A stretch of DNA of 53,714 nt from a virus (taxonomy: Duplodnaviria; Caudoviricetes): the IMG/VR virus record IMGVR_UViG_3300033182_000063, positions 1 through 53,714 of that record; one strand, written 5' to 3'. The position numbers and the translations under genes were made by a program. Below are positions 18,701 through 26,794 of this stretch, in pieces (position 1 is the first letter of the stretch; each line of letters opens with the position of its first letter). Below the pieces are notes generated by a model, which was given only the letters and a program-made list of their open reading frames with translations, did no database searches and was not told where the DNA came from.

Positions 18701-20930
18701 GACCAAATTGTTCGGCAAGAGCGAAATGCAAGGTCCGTATGCACCGTTGAAGCGCTTCGGCGACTACGTCGTCGTACTTAAGTCAGACCAGCTGAAGGCT
18801 GCGGAAGACGCGCTCAAGAAAGACAATTCTAAAGCTAACCGCGACGCAGTGGAGAAACTGAAAGCTCAGCAGATTCATTACGTGGTTAAGTTCTTTGACA
18901 CAATGGGTTCTGCGAACCAGTTCCGTGACGCCAACCTAGCTAACTATCCTGCTTCTCCAGAGGCACGTACTCGTGACCAGAATGAGGACATGCGGGGCTT
19001 GCAGGGTGCAGAGGTTCTGTCTAAAGCCATCGGTCAGTTGACCGCAGTGGATGGACTAGACCCGAAAGCCAAGGACGCGTTCAAAAAGCTGTTGGAAGAA
19101 ATGTACTTCCAGACCATGCAGGAACGTGACGCACGTCAGTCTGGTCGCAAGCGTATGAGCTACGCAGGTTTTGAGGAGAACATGATCCGTTCGTTCCTCT
19201 CTCACGCGCACTCAGAAGCCAACATGATCGCTCACATGACCCACGGGGCTGAGATCAACTCAGCTCTGGCGGAAGCCAAGAAAGAGGCACGCGAGTCCGG
19301 TAGTGAAGAACTGAACCTGATCCACCAGAAGATGGTTACTCACTACGTTAAGAACATGACTCCACGCACTGGCTTGTGGAAGAGTATCGAAGACCGTGCG
19401 ACTGCGGTTACTACCGTGTGGATGCTGACTTCTAGTGTGGGCTACCACATCCAGAACGCTACTCAGACCATGATCGCCCTTGGCAAACTGGTTGAGATCG
19501 CATCTGCTCCGGCTACTTACAAGGCTCTCGGCAGAGGTTACGCACAGGCTCGCAATGTTGTGAGCTACGACTTCAAGAACCTCCAGACTGTCGTCGACGT
19601 GGCGAAGGCTGACCCTAAGTACCGCAAACTGTTGGAAGAGTTGAATCTTCGCCAGTTGCTAGACGTGGGTATCGAGCAAGACCTTAATGAGTTCGACTCT
19701 AAGGACTGGGGTAACAAAACGGTCAACAAGATCGGCGACGGCATGAGCAAAACCGCTCACCGCCTGTATCAGATCGCTCGTATGGTGGAAGGTTACAACC
19801 GTGTATCGAGTGCCGTAGCTGCTTATGATCTGGCGCAACGCAACGCCGGTAAGGTGAACCGTCTGTATGGCATGACTCCACAGGAGTACGCAGTAATGGT
19901 AGTTGAGGATACTCAGGGTAACTTCTCTGGTATCGACGCTCCACTGGCGTTCAAGCGTACTTCTAAGATCATCACTCAGTTCCGTAAGTATCAGGTAATG
20001 ATGGCTTGGTTCTACGTGGATGCAGCCAAGAAAGTTCTGAAGGGTGCTACTCCAGAGGAGCGTATCGCAGCAGCTCGTGTACTCGGGTTCTCTACCACCT
20101 ATGCAGCACTGGTCAGTGGCGCAGTCGGTATGCCGGCGATGGGTCTTTTCGCGCCTATCTTCTTCGCGCTTATCGGTGCAGGTGACGATGACGAGGAACC
20201 AAAAGACTTGGAGCGTTGGATCAGAGACAACGTCGAGGACGAAACTCTGGCTACCATTATCTCTCGTGGTCTACCTGCGGCAATCGGTCTGGATATGTCG
20301 ACCAAGCTGTCACAAGCCAAGATTTTCGATCCTCTACCGTACACTGACTACGAGTTGTCAGAAGAAGGTGCAGGTGACATCGTCGTCGACTTGATAACCG
20401 GTCCGTTCGGCTCCGTCGTCAAGAGTGGTCTGCGTGGTAAGAAGTACGCGGAAGAGGGCGACTACTACCGTGCCATCGAGAACATATCTCCAAAAGGGCT
20501 TCGCAGTATGATGGAGAGCTACCGCTACTCAACCGAAGGTTACAAACTATCCAACGGTGACATCGTGGCTGATCCATCTATGTTCGATTTCAAAGACCTG
20601 CTGATTAACGGTCTGGGGCTACAACCTACCGACCTGAATGTTCTCAAGTGGAAGTACGGGCAGCAGTACGAGTTGACGCAGTGGTTCACCGAAGAGCAGT
20701 CCAAAATCACCAAGGCGTACGTACGAGCTGAGAAAGCCGAGGACTACGACGAGATGGATAAATTGGAAGAGAAGTGGGAAGCGCTCCAAGAATCTAAAGA
20801 CCGAGTACGTCCATTCTTCAACGATTCCTACGGGGCTCTCAAGTACAGTCGCCTACGCAATCTGACTCGCGCTCCATACCGAGCAGAGAAACGTGCATCA
20901 AAAACCAGAGAGAAACTTGGTACTGACTAG
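12735..20930 (+). CDS. Giant polyvalent internal virion (ejection) protein: metallopeptidase-like + ADP-ribosyltransferase-like + PLxRFG region
   Basis: HEIGSH..SELIAY; FHGT..FMGTGEGAQAFGWGTYLAE..GIKGIKFLD..NKVIFND; YAPLKRFGDY; last gene of the late module. Confidence 0.8.
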   Translation: MKNPWEVEDQVKTSNPWEAQTSERDPWDYGGADDDWRSELASRRPQSTEPQYESEDTSFVRDVADVGVGFVGAVPKAAGSLVSLGSLVPGVHYVADPLSSGLNSVGEWVDNTFLSDRQLEINKELQTRLQAAAEELGPDASIGDYIDNMVAQGGEAGAFIADHPGQVTNLIAQSLPYVFGGGVAAKGLKAGAKVVGAEKVANMGAKTSGAVGEGLITAGAVEGEIVRTNEQKGEDGYSLDRLAAVPAGVTTGLISRGGAQFSPVDIDTVAAKVAAGETADLMQEAAKQGFVKRTVKGAALEGVEETLQSGQEKVFTNIGTDEHPLKDVGGDAVIGGITGAGQGAGVNALAGLKQNSETNEDLVVRPDTETLLEEAQLTIPRNEDGSMPNIELPEVTPEGASTGLFVIMNGEQVDLAALQANRDALLVAHSTATPEQQAQIEEIVNQVAAIEQQMGAAQQVRDQELAAAAQQEEAKKDLRLKHADTFPDEAEFVNELKKEAQATRDAELDDPTTEIGAAFQQWRKDNNNYDTKNNSAAAKKQFLKDAGIQEGEVDFKGDYLAALDAHAEMKEVQANRNPQSQARIDREKAELVAELNEAVKSGDPAAIAAVEQKAINAGLMPAEWAEAKRTLTKGLNANKKTPKTNTNATPATPAAPATNLENTETPAPKTPKVSKVKADAIKRATEALGDNWQEEHPELSQLLDNGGLYKKDKNGVRRFDKFLNQAVEEKKAKDAEAQAEKDKINSMSDADIEMRNAAEEYATEKLGDNWVETYPDLNKVLDEGNYGLFNREVDAAADNAANATDSEIVSQKANTLANKENIKLAKTEQKIYDFLLERAKQGNLSDYVNADGSFNATAIAKDAGLKSKGVATTGRTRIKKKIAEALGMTEEQLTEGLSQTKRGNTQEFEDNRGDAPSVGTTVSENEIFGDDQTQSTMSEISSVGGSQSNIGDLTKEEKEYVDEQAISKPDPVQQQRQKDAQERLEKQIDAVLASPLAQEALNMWNNMKSDGAVSADQLSKQDAYDWIMTVAEVDAGYIDMKQLDKDQRDMERRYDANEVLTDETNQDAGQIESQKVLEGPSQDAQGTDGTRGTIDTEAAGDSAEVQLTAAEQKERASKVKVSTKKKRKFSVKNLFGGKGKKSVTRTAFMRELADITGKKAPWRVTVFDTTAEAIAARITDEDIGTIRPQGWVVPDSNGLDRAYFILENIKEGNERAVIMHEIGSHMGLDNLLTEEQVDIAVGKIMEWSELDDGSDASLYAKAARVRAAEAAPHMENPETDYPSELIAYFIEEAVNDGVDVTKSDGTALGDFIRKMWAAFKSAYRKFRGDNVDTLTPQDFVNLAYGAARLENSTTFHGTATWFRKFNHDFMGTGEGAQAFGWGTYLAERFGIGNEYRQADVSRKNNKTGSLFHFPKIFEALRGYSHSKNIGAKADHRTHDVKSQLIKDSIAAENKGVLKDVYIQRNDEDGNPKLIKVKIAPGAKVFNRGGYVLVQALVAGEDNSFQSKSSFLVQELVDKDGNSLLSEDEAFESYLAGMLELTDGTFGTTGQLYRVDYAFADEEMLDWDERVEDQPLVLKAINNMPDEIVDALMEDLATDEEFTGVTGELLYFSLSNLQFHDYMLEEYVPQKDYDQAQKAGSRVGPGTKGQAVTAKAIASAFLYQYGIKGIKFLDNTSRKKARRVVDDNQDTLVNDVPQLLDIVNDSTPYLKEKGARVLYYKKADGTVESLLVSTKSAVSYRTTSDGEARPVRIASSVDGVSIPLKELYTDQNATIPLEFDEAQIRADIDEAKKYKADGFTRNKVIFNDKDVIRVANNPGSKMGPGNIRFSVGKKSKQVAKTLMGSFGEMTVDNFAALAKTAVKELKFLHSFIRDVRDRMPSADKWYNFILESEKTRNEILQKVENIAVQAREMGDQQMKEVNKFIADSTLYQKWGYQPSWITDPNFKADPIMERRWKKLNADQRKVVEQVFQHGEDMRQLKADLAKKMGLTKLFGKSEMQGPYAPLKRFGDYVVVLKSDQLKAAEDALKKDNSKANRDAVEKLKAQQIHYVVKFFDTMGSANQFRDANLANYPASPEARTRDQNEDMRGLQGAEVLSKAIGQLTAVDGLDPKAKDAFKKLLEEMYFQTMQERDARQSGRKRMSYAGFEENMIRSFLSHAHSEANMIAHMTHGAEINSALAEAKKEARESGSEELNLIHQKMVTHYVKNMTPRTGLWKSIEDRATAVTTVWMLTSSVGYHIQNATQTMIALGKLVEIASAPATYKALGRGYAQARNVVSYDFKNLQTVVDVAKADPKYRKLLEELNLRQLLDVGIEQDLNEFDSKDWGNKTVNKIGDGMSKTAHRLYQIARMVEGYNRVSSAVAAYDLAQRNAGKVNRLYGMTPQEYAVMVVEDTQGNFSGIDAPLAFKRTSKIITQFRKYQVMMAWFYVDAAKKVLKGATPEERIAAARVLGFSTTYAALVSGAVGMPAMGLFAPIFFALIGAGDDDEEPKDLERWIRDNVEDETLATIISRGLPAAIGLDMSTKLSQAKIFDPLPYTDYELSEEGAGDIVVDLITGPFGSVVKSGLRGKKYAEEGDYYRAIENISPKGLRSMMESYRYSTEGYKLSNGDIVADPSMFDFKDLLINGLGLQPTDLNVLKWKYGQQYELTQWFTEEQSKITKAYVRAEKAEDYDEMDKLEEKWEALQESKDRVRPFFNDSYGALKYSRLRNLTRAPYRAEKRASKTREKLGTD

Positions 20931-20951
20931 GAATTAAGTTACTATCATCTT

Positions 20952-21022
20952 AACCACCTCTAGTGGTTTCCCACTCCTATGGGCAGTTGATTCACCCCGG
21001 TCTTCCTTCCGGGGTGTTTTTT
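20952..21022 (+). ncRNA. Candidate ~70-nt three-hairpin sRNA with C/U-rich loops
   Basis: TTGGTA-N17-TACTAT (20917-20945) predicts a start at A20952, the first base of hairpin 1; the third hairpin is a terminator. Confidence 0.45.
20993..21022 (+). terminator. Rho-independent terminator ending the late module
   Basis: CACCCCGG-TCTTCCTT-CCGGGGTG followed by T6. Confidence 0.9.
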
Positions 21023-21084
21023 GTCTGATGGTTACAGTTTTAGTGACAGGTGGCGGGTAACCACTTGATAAACTTCTGGAAGTT

Positions 21085-21133
21085 TCGCCCTTTCACGGCG
21101 ACGACAGGGGTTCGACTCCCCTAGGGGACGCCA
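21085..21133 (+). other. attP core: 3' half of tRNA-Glu(UUC)
   Basis: TCGCC-CTTTCAC-GGCGA anticodon arm, AGGGG-TTCGACT-CCCCT T-arm, GGGGACGCCA acceptor 3' strand; no 5' half; immediately upstream of the integrase. Confidence 0.9.
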
Positions 21134-21141
21134 TATAAAAC

Positions 21142-21170
21142 AAAGGGTTACGTAACAGTAGCCCTTTTTT
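21142..21170 (+). terminator. Terminator-like hairpin downstream of the tRNA fragment
   Basis: AAAGGGTTAC-GTAACA-GTAGCCCTTT plus T run. Confidence 0.65.
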
Positions 21171-21248
21171 ATTTCTATCTGAACACGTTTGAACACAGGT
21201 GAACTTACCTGTACAGTTACATTTAGTTACAGGTTATCCCAACTAAAT

Positions 21249-22259
21249 ATGGCTACGTTATACAAGCGTGGGCAGACCTTCTGGATTAAGTGGTACAAGG
21301 ACGGCAAAGCCCATTACGAATCCCTCAAGACCAGAGAAAAATCCAAAGCCAAGCTGCTGCTAAACGCCAAAGAGATTGAGCTTCGCACTGGCAACAACCC
21401 GATCCCCAAGGACGACATGAGCTTTGAGGACTTCGCGGCAACCTATCTCCACTGGCACGCAGACGAGCATCCGGCGCACAACGAGCGTGTGCATCAGATC
21501 GTACATTCGTACCTAATTCCTGAGTTCGGGCAGTTCAAAATGCACCAGTTGGAACCCGTCGTCGTGGAACATTACAAACAGAAGCGGCGACGCACTAAGA
21601 ACCACAAGGGCACTGTTCCCGCCGCAGCCACCATAAATAAAGAACTCAAAACCCTGCGAGCAGTTGTTAACAAGGCGGTGGAGTGGAACGTTCTCGCCAA
21701 GAACCATCTGGCGACGGTGAAGGACATCAAGGCGGTAGCCTCTAAACCAATAAACTATTACACAGTTGAGCAGCTAAACGAAATATACGAAACAGACCCA
21801 GATCACGCCGACGTCTGGCGCCTGCTAGCCAACACCGGTATGCGACGAGCTGAGGCATATAACCTGACATGGGATTACGTGCTTGAGCAGCACATTCGCG
21901 TAGTGTCCACTGAAGACGCCAGAACGAAGGACGCCGAGTGGCGGGACATACCGATCTCGCCCGGGTGCTGCGACGCGTTGAACGCACTGGCTAAAAACTA
22001 TACAGCGTCGACGTATGTGCTACCTCGTGTGCATAAGGACTCAATCAGTAGAGCCTTTAAGAAGGTAGTCGGTAGAGTTGGTGGGATAGGGAGTTTGCAC
22101 GATCTTCGCCACACGTTCATCAGCCATCTGGTGATGCAGGGCGTTCCATTGCGGACGGTGCAGGTCTTGGCGGGGCACTCGACGATACGAGTTACAGAAC
22201 AATATTCGCACCTGTCACCAAACTACATGGTGGATGCGGTGGCGAACCTAAAATTATAA
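21249..22259 (+). CDS. int: Tyrosine integrase
   Basis: Catalytic residues TGMR, RTKD, HDLRH, AGHS, TEQY; N-terminal arm-binding-like domain; ATG 21249 preferred over TTG 21189. Confidence 0.95.
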   Translation: MATLYKRGQTFWIKWYKDGKAHYESLKTREKSKAKLLLNAKEIELRTGNNPIPKDDMSFEDFAATYLHWHADEHPAHNERVHQIVHSYLIPEFGQFKMHQLEPVVVEHYKQKRRRTKNHKGTVPAAATINKELKTLRAVVNKAVEWNVLAKNHLATVKDIKAVASKPINYYTVEQLNEIYETDPDHADVWRLLANTGMRRAEAYNLTWDYVLEQHIRVVSTEDARTKDAEWRDIPISPGCCDALNALAKNYTASTYVLPRVHKDSISRAFKKVVGRVGGIGSLHDLRHTFISHLVMQGVPLRTVQVLAGHSTIRVTEQYSHLSPNYMVDAVANLKL

Positions 22260-22277
22260 AAGCCCCTTACGGGGGCT
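22251..22277 (-). terminator. Rho-independent terminator for the replication operon (possibly bidirectional)
   Basis: On - strand AGCCCC-CGTAA-GGGGCT followed by TTTTATAATTTT. Confidence 0.7.
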
Positions 22278-22414
22278 AGGCGGTTGGATCATCAGGCAAT
22301 GAAGATGAGGAGGACTTGTATGGGGAATCCTGTCTCAGAGGTCGGCTCCGACTCCAACTGCGAGTGTTAGTTTAGCCACGCACCGCTCGCTGACGTGGAA
22401 TAGCACTCCGCGCA

Positions 22415-25369
22415 CTAATCTGCTTTTTCAACCTGTGTCTCGACGTGTGTTTCGTCCTTCTTAACTAAAGTTAGAGGGGCACGTCCGCCGAACAATTTGT
22501 TGAATTTGATCTCGTAACAACGGGCTTGACCAGATGGAACCGTACTACCAGAACCTAACACTACACGGTTGCTAGGCTGTCCGTCGGCTGTGTAGATTAA
22601 GTAACCTGCACGATCCATCTCTTCTTTCATGGCACTTGGAGCGATACCGTGGTCCTTACACCAGTCGGAAACTGCCTTAACCGTGACAAATATTTTCTTG
22701 TCGTCGGTGGCAACACGCCCGACGGCGGGTCCACGCAGAGCTTCCATCGGATGTTCCTTGGCTTTGGTGCGTGAGTCTGCGAAGTGTTTGGTGATGATGA
22801 GTCGTCCGGGCAGGGTAGCGATGAAGCTAGCCAACTGCTCACTGATGTCCGTGTTGGATTCCTTACGGCTCTCACGCATTTTGATGACGTGATCTAAAGC
22901 CCATGACTTCATGTTGGCGAGGTCGAAACTAACCAGACCTAGCTTTTCAGCGATCTTACCTGCCACGTATGCAGTACAGATGGTGTCACGGTAGAAGCGT
23001 TCTTTGTTGTCGTCCTCAGACTTCGGATTGAACTTGGCACGAGCCGCTTGCATCTGGCGCTTAACCCAGTCGTAGTTCTTAATCACGAAACGGATGAACG
23101 GACGGCACGCTTCGCCGTACACATTGTCCATGTGGTTCTCGATGAACTCCTGCGTGATGTCAGGGAACACCTTGGTACGGTAGTCAGCCGGTAGCTGTAC
23201 CTCGAAGAAGCGGAGCTGAGTTGCCTCAACTCTATAACCTGCCGGCAGCTTACTGATTGACTCGTGGATCGAGTCGTTCGATGTGATGAAACTGTTCTTG
23301 AACCACTGACCGCCGACGGTGCTGAACTTACCGTTAGTACCCAGACGCTCCTTATCCCTGCCGTTACCAAGAGAGTAGGCGGTACGGGTCAATTCCTCTG
23401 GCGACCTGCCGGAGAACTCGTCGAGTAGCATAGGCAGTGAACCCATGATGGCGATGCGTTTGATCGCAGCGTTAAGGGTAGAACCCTGCTCACCAGTCTG
23501 GCGTTCCATACGCTCTGGGTTTCCGTAGAAGCCACAAGCGATCTTGGCGGCAGTAGATTTACCAGTACCACCATGACCTGTGAAGGCTAGCGGTAGACCG
23601 TGCCAGTTAGATGAACCCATCAACTCAACGAGGATTGACCCCATCGAGTGGCACAGTGCGAACTGGAATGGCTCGGCACCTTCTCGGTTATAGAGCTTGT
23701 CGATGTTATCAACCCACTCGTCGAGAGTACCCTTGGTGCCGAAATCAACGGCTACGTCTGTTGGCATATCTGGATCACACAGGACAGTCTCTTCGTCCTT
23801 AGCTGTAATCATCGTCGTGCCGATAACGAAACCGGTCTTGTCCTCGTTCCAACCAAACTGTCGGTAGGTCTTAGTCTCGATGCGCCATGCTTGTAGCGTT
23901 TCGATTAAGCCCTCTGCAAATTCAGCCATGTCGTTCCTCGCATTTTTGGTACGCATCAAGAAAACTTCATGCGACGCCAGTGTCTTTGCCATCATGTCCG
24001 TTGAGGCTAGCTCTGAGGTAGGCATGAAGAACTCACGCCACTTACCGTTTTTCTCTTTGGCTCGCCAGTGGACTACCCATGTACCTTCCGAGTCTTGGAT
24101 ACGGTTAAGTGGGTAGATGAACGAACGTGCGAATGGACGCCACTGCACAACGCCGTCAGCATCAACAACTGCTCTGGAGAGAGCCGTGCCGTTCCAACGG
24201 TAGCCACTGTTAGGCCAGTAAGGGATCGTCTGCCCCTCAATAACTGTATGAGGCGTTGCCTGTGTGCTGTCGTCTTCGTCGTCAGTTTTCTTTACAGTCT
24301 CTTCGGCTACGGACTCAGCTTGCTCAGATGCCCCCAACTGAATTGGATACTTACATTTGCTAGCCATAGGACAGTCAGCCATACAGCCGACATGCTTATC
24401 CATCTCAATACAAGAAGTGGGACCGACGTTCCATTCGTCAATCTTGTCCTGCGTCTCAATCTGCGAGTACGCTTCATGACCCTTGCTCCACTCGTGGATG
24501 ATGGCTTCACCGTCTTTACAAAACTTGACCACGCCAATCGCACGGTGCCAGTGGGGTTCTGCAATGTTGCCTCCAGATTCTTTAAAGTCGCGGATAGCCT
24601 TACAATGTTGTGCAACAATATCTGCGTCTGATTCAGGGTAGTCGCCCAGTGCCGCTGCGAAAGGGTTGTCCGAACTCTTCTTCACTTTGGTTGGGGCAGG
24701 GGCGACATTGAACTCTTTGATGTACGACTGGAGTGCGTCGCGTACTTTATCAACTGAGTAAGCCTTTCCTAGTTTGACTAACTCAACTGGTCGCTCCATG
24801 TCGTTCTTACGGTTGTGCGTACCAACTGGACGTAGGATGCGTGCGCTATCCATGTCGACAGCTCGGTCAGCTTTCAACCCAAGGTGTGTGGTTACGTCGC
24901 GCTTCATAGCGGACAGCTCTTCCCAGACTTCTTTGGAAACGTCCTGATCTAGGGAGATGTAGCAGTGGTATCCACCGCCGGAAGATGTGATGGTAGGCGT
25001 CAGCTTGACTGCCTGTGCGAAACGAACAACGTCGGCGAGTGCTTCTTTTCTCGTCGCGTACTTCTTGTCGTCGTCGTCGTCGACGTCGAAGTCGTCGTAT
25101 AAACTACGGCATGCAACTACGTTCTCTTGTGTCCGTATACGTTGTTTGCCTTTGGATTCGTCGGTGTACCAGTCACCGAAAGAGTTGACTGCGAAATAAA
25201 CTGTTTCGCCTTTGCTATCGAATATGTTGGCTAACTTAGCCGCTTCTCTAGCTGTATCGTATGATTTGTATTTGAACCAAACACCACCGTGTTCTGCGGG
25301 GGTTGCCAGTGCGAGTATCTTCTTTCCCTCGCTCGGCATTATTAGTTCTAAAAATTCTTGTGTCCCCAT
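22415..25369 (-). CDS. DNA primase-helicase (primase N-terminus, DUF927 / SF3-like P-loop C-terminus)
   Basis: DDFD, SSGGGYH and RILRPVGTHN primase motifs; Cys cluster; FGW; Walker A GHGGTGKST, Walker B LLDE, ITSN. Confidence 0.88.
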   Translation of the reverse strand: MGTQEFLELIMPSEGKKILALATPAEHGGVWFKYKSYDTAREAAKLANIFDSKGETVYFAVNSFGDWYTDESKGKQRIRTQENVVACRSLYDDFDVDDDDDKKYATRKEALADVVRFAQAVKLTPTITSSGGGYHCYISLDQDVSKEVWEELSAMKRDVTTHLGLKADRAVDMDSARILRPVGTHNRKNDMERPVELVKLGKAYSVDKVRDALQSYIKEFNVAPAPTKVKKSSDNPFAAALGDYPESDADIVAQHCKAIRDFKESGGNIAEPHWHRAIGVVKFCKDGEAIIHEWSKGHEAYSQIETQDKIDEWNVGPTSCIEMDKHVGCMADCPMASKCKYPIQLGASEQAESVAEETVKKTDDEDDSTQATPHTVIEGQTIPYWPNSGYRWNGTALSRAVVDADGVVQWRPFARSFIYPLNRIQDSEGTWVVHWRAKEKNGKWREFFMPTSELASTDMMAKTLASHEVFLMRTKNARNDMAEFAEGLIETLQAWRIETKTYRQFGWNEDKTGFVIGTTMITAKDEETVLCDPDMPTDVAVDFGTKGTLDEWVDNIDKLYNREGAEPFQFALCHSMGSILVELMGSSNWHGLPLAFTGHGGTGKSTAAKIACGFYGNPERMERQTGEQGSTLNAAIKRIAIMGSLPMLLDEFSGRSPEELTRTAYSLGNGRDKERLGTNGKFSTVGGQWFKNSFITSNDSIHESISKLPAGYRVEATQLRFFEVQLPADYRTKVFPDITQEFIENHMDNVYGEACRPFIRFVIKNYDWVKRQMQAARAKFNPKSEDDNKERFYRDTICTAYVAGKIAEKLGLVSFDLANMKSWALDHVIKMRESRKESNTDISEQLASFIATLPGRLIITKHFADSRTKAKEHPMEALRGPAVGRVATDDKKIFVTVKAVSDWCKDHGIAPSAMKEEMDRAGYLIYTADGQPSNRVVLGSGSTVPSGQARCYEIKFNKLFGGRAPLTLVKKDETHVETQVEKAD

Positions 25370-25380
25370 AACACCCGACC

Positions 25381-25396
25381 TGTTAACGCGTTGACA
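25381..25396. promoter_or_regulatory. Tandem octamer box
   Basis: TGTTAACG CGTTGACA, just upstream of the primase start at 25369. Confidence 0.6.
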
Positions 25397-25400
25397 GATA

Positions 25401-25425
25401 GAAACGGGGGACTAGCCCCCGTTTC
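25401..25425 (-). terminator. Terminator-like hairpin after the SSB gene
   Basis: GAAACGGGGG-N5-CCCCCGTTTC, perfect 10-bp stem. Confidence 0.7.
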
Positions 25426-25442
25426 ACCAAGCGATTGTTTTA

Positions 25443-26378
25443 TTAATCGTCGAAATCTAAGTTGTCCAACGCGTCGTCGATGTCGTCATACTCTTCGACA
25501 GCCTTTGTTGGCTTCTTAGTTTTCTTTGGGGCAGGTTCCTCGTCTTCGACCTTGACCTTCGCCTTTGGAGCAGCCTCAGCTACTTCTTCAGCTTCCTCAA
25601 GTTTCTTAGACTTGGTGATGTGTGCAGGTACGTCAGATGCAATCGCTTCGACGTGACCAGATGATTCCAACACGCCAGTGATCTGACCGATGGTTTCTGC
25701 TTCTTCAACTAGAGTAGTTTCTACTTCGTCGAGTTCTTCTGCGTCTACGAAACGCACCGCCTTGAAGGTCAGGGCAGGGTGAGCAACGCTGTGATCGAAA
25801 CCGATACGAGTAATTACATGCTGTGGCTCTACACCACGTTTCGCTAGCTGTGCTCCATACTGACCCAAGGTCTTCAGTGTAGCAGCAGGAACCCTCAATA
25901 ACATAGGGTCATTTACCATGCCGGCAGGTGCTATACACAGTCGCATAGAGTCACCGCATGCCTTACCTTTACCACCGTTGTCAGTGATGCGCGAACCCCA
26001 CTGGTTGTGAGGGCAGACAGCACACTTGTTTGACTGTGGAGACTCAGCGTCAGCCGCAGGTGCAGTGCCGTCGTTGGAGTAACATGTAGGTTTAGCTACT
26101 GAACCCTGCTCATAGCCTGACTCGTAGTAGACCTTAGACTTGTTTGGGTTAGCTGAAAGGATAACTACTTCCAGTGCCGCTGCCGGCTCGTCGTCTGCAT
26201 CTGGCTTGGTTACCAGAGTACGCTCGTCGCCACGTTGGATGTGGAAGACTTTGCCCTTGATGGATACTACTGGGAATCCACCTGCGCTTACTGCTGCCGC
26301 AAATACGTTAGCGGCTTTCTTCTTACCTTGTAAGTGTGCAGGGAGCTTTGAAGATTTGATTGCGACCATATCGCTCAT
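25443..26378 (-). CDS. Putative single-stranded DNA-binding protein
   Basis: Cys cluster (C..CAVC..C), acidic tail ending DNLDFDD, position next to the primase. Confidence 0.6.
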   Translation of the reverse strand: MSDMVAIKSSKLPAHLQGKKKAANVFAAAVSAGGFPVVSIKGKVFHIQRGDERTLVTKPDADDEPAAALEVVILSANPNKSKVYYESGYEQGSVAKPTCYSNDGTAPAADAESPQSNKCAVCPHNQWGSRITDNGGKGKACGDSMRLCIAPAGMVNDPMLLRVPAATLKTLGQYGAQLAKRGVEPQHVITRIGFDHSVAHPALTFKAVRFVDAEELDEVETTLVEEAETIGQITGVLESSGHVEAIASDVPAHITKSKKLEEAEEVAEAAPKAKVKVEDEEPAPKKTKKPTKAVEEYDDIDDALDNLDFDD

Positions 26379-26392
26379 AAGATTTACCTCTT

Positions 26393-26794
26393 TTACTTTC
26401 TACGGAAGTTGATGACTTGTGTTTCGTTCCAGTTCACACCGGGCGGCAAGTCTTCGTTCACAGCCTTGAATTGTTCTACGGCTGTTTTGTTTACACGGCG
26501 TTCTAGCATTTCCCATGCTTCGTTCTCTTGGATGAACGGGAACAGGGTATCCCAGTCAGCCACAGTAGCCGACGACCGCGTTGATCGGTATGCAGTACCG
26601 ACACCTCTAGCAGACACGTTGTCGATTCCACGCTCGTTAAAACGACGTAGGAACTCAACCTCGATCTTGTCTTGCTTCTCTCTATCACCGGCGTCGTCAG
26701 CATCATAGTCCGCCTTACGACGGGCACGACGATCACGAAGCGCGATAAACATTTCTAACAGTCTGGAGTCTTCAAGCTCCGTCACTTTCGCCAT
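26393..26794 (-). CDS. Conserved phage replication-region protein
   Basis: AAGGAG RBS; coiled N-terminus, DWD...PPGV motif. Confidence 0.75.
   Translation of the reverse strand: MAKVTELEDSRLLEMFIALRDRRARRKADYDADDAGDREKQDKIEVEFLRRFNERGIDNVSARGVGTAYRSTRSSATVADWDTLFPFIQENEAWEMLERRVNKTAVEQFKAVNEDLPPGVNWNETQVINFRRK

Noticed and set aside
21061-21133. Complete tRNA-Glu gene
   Set aside because: No D-arm or acceptor 5' strand upstream of the anticodon arm; it is an attP fragment
21189-21248. N-terminal extension of the integrase from TTG 21189
   Set aside because: Overlaps att arm repeats and the predicted promoter; ATG 21249 gives a typical integrase N-terminus
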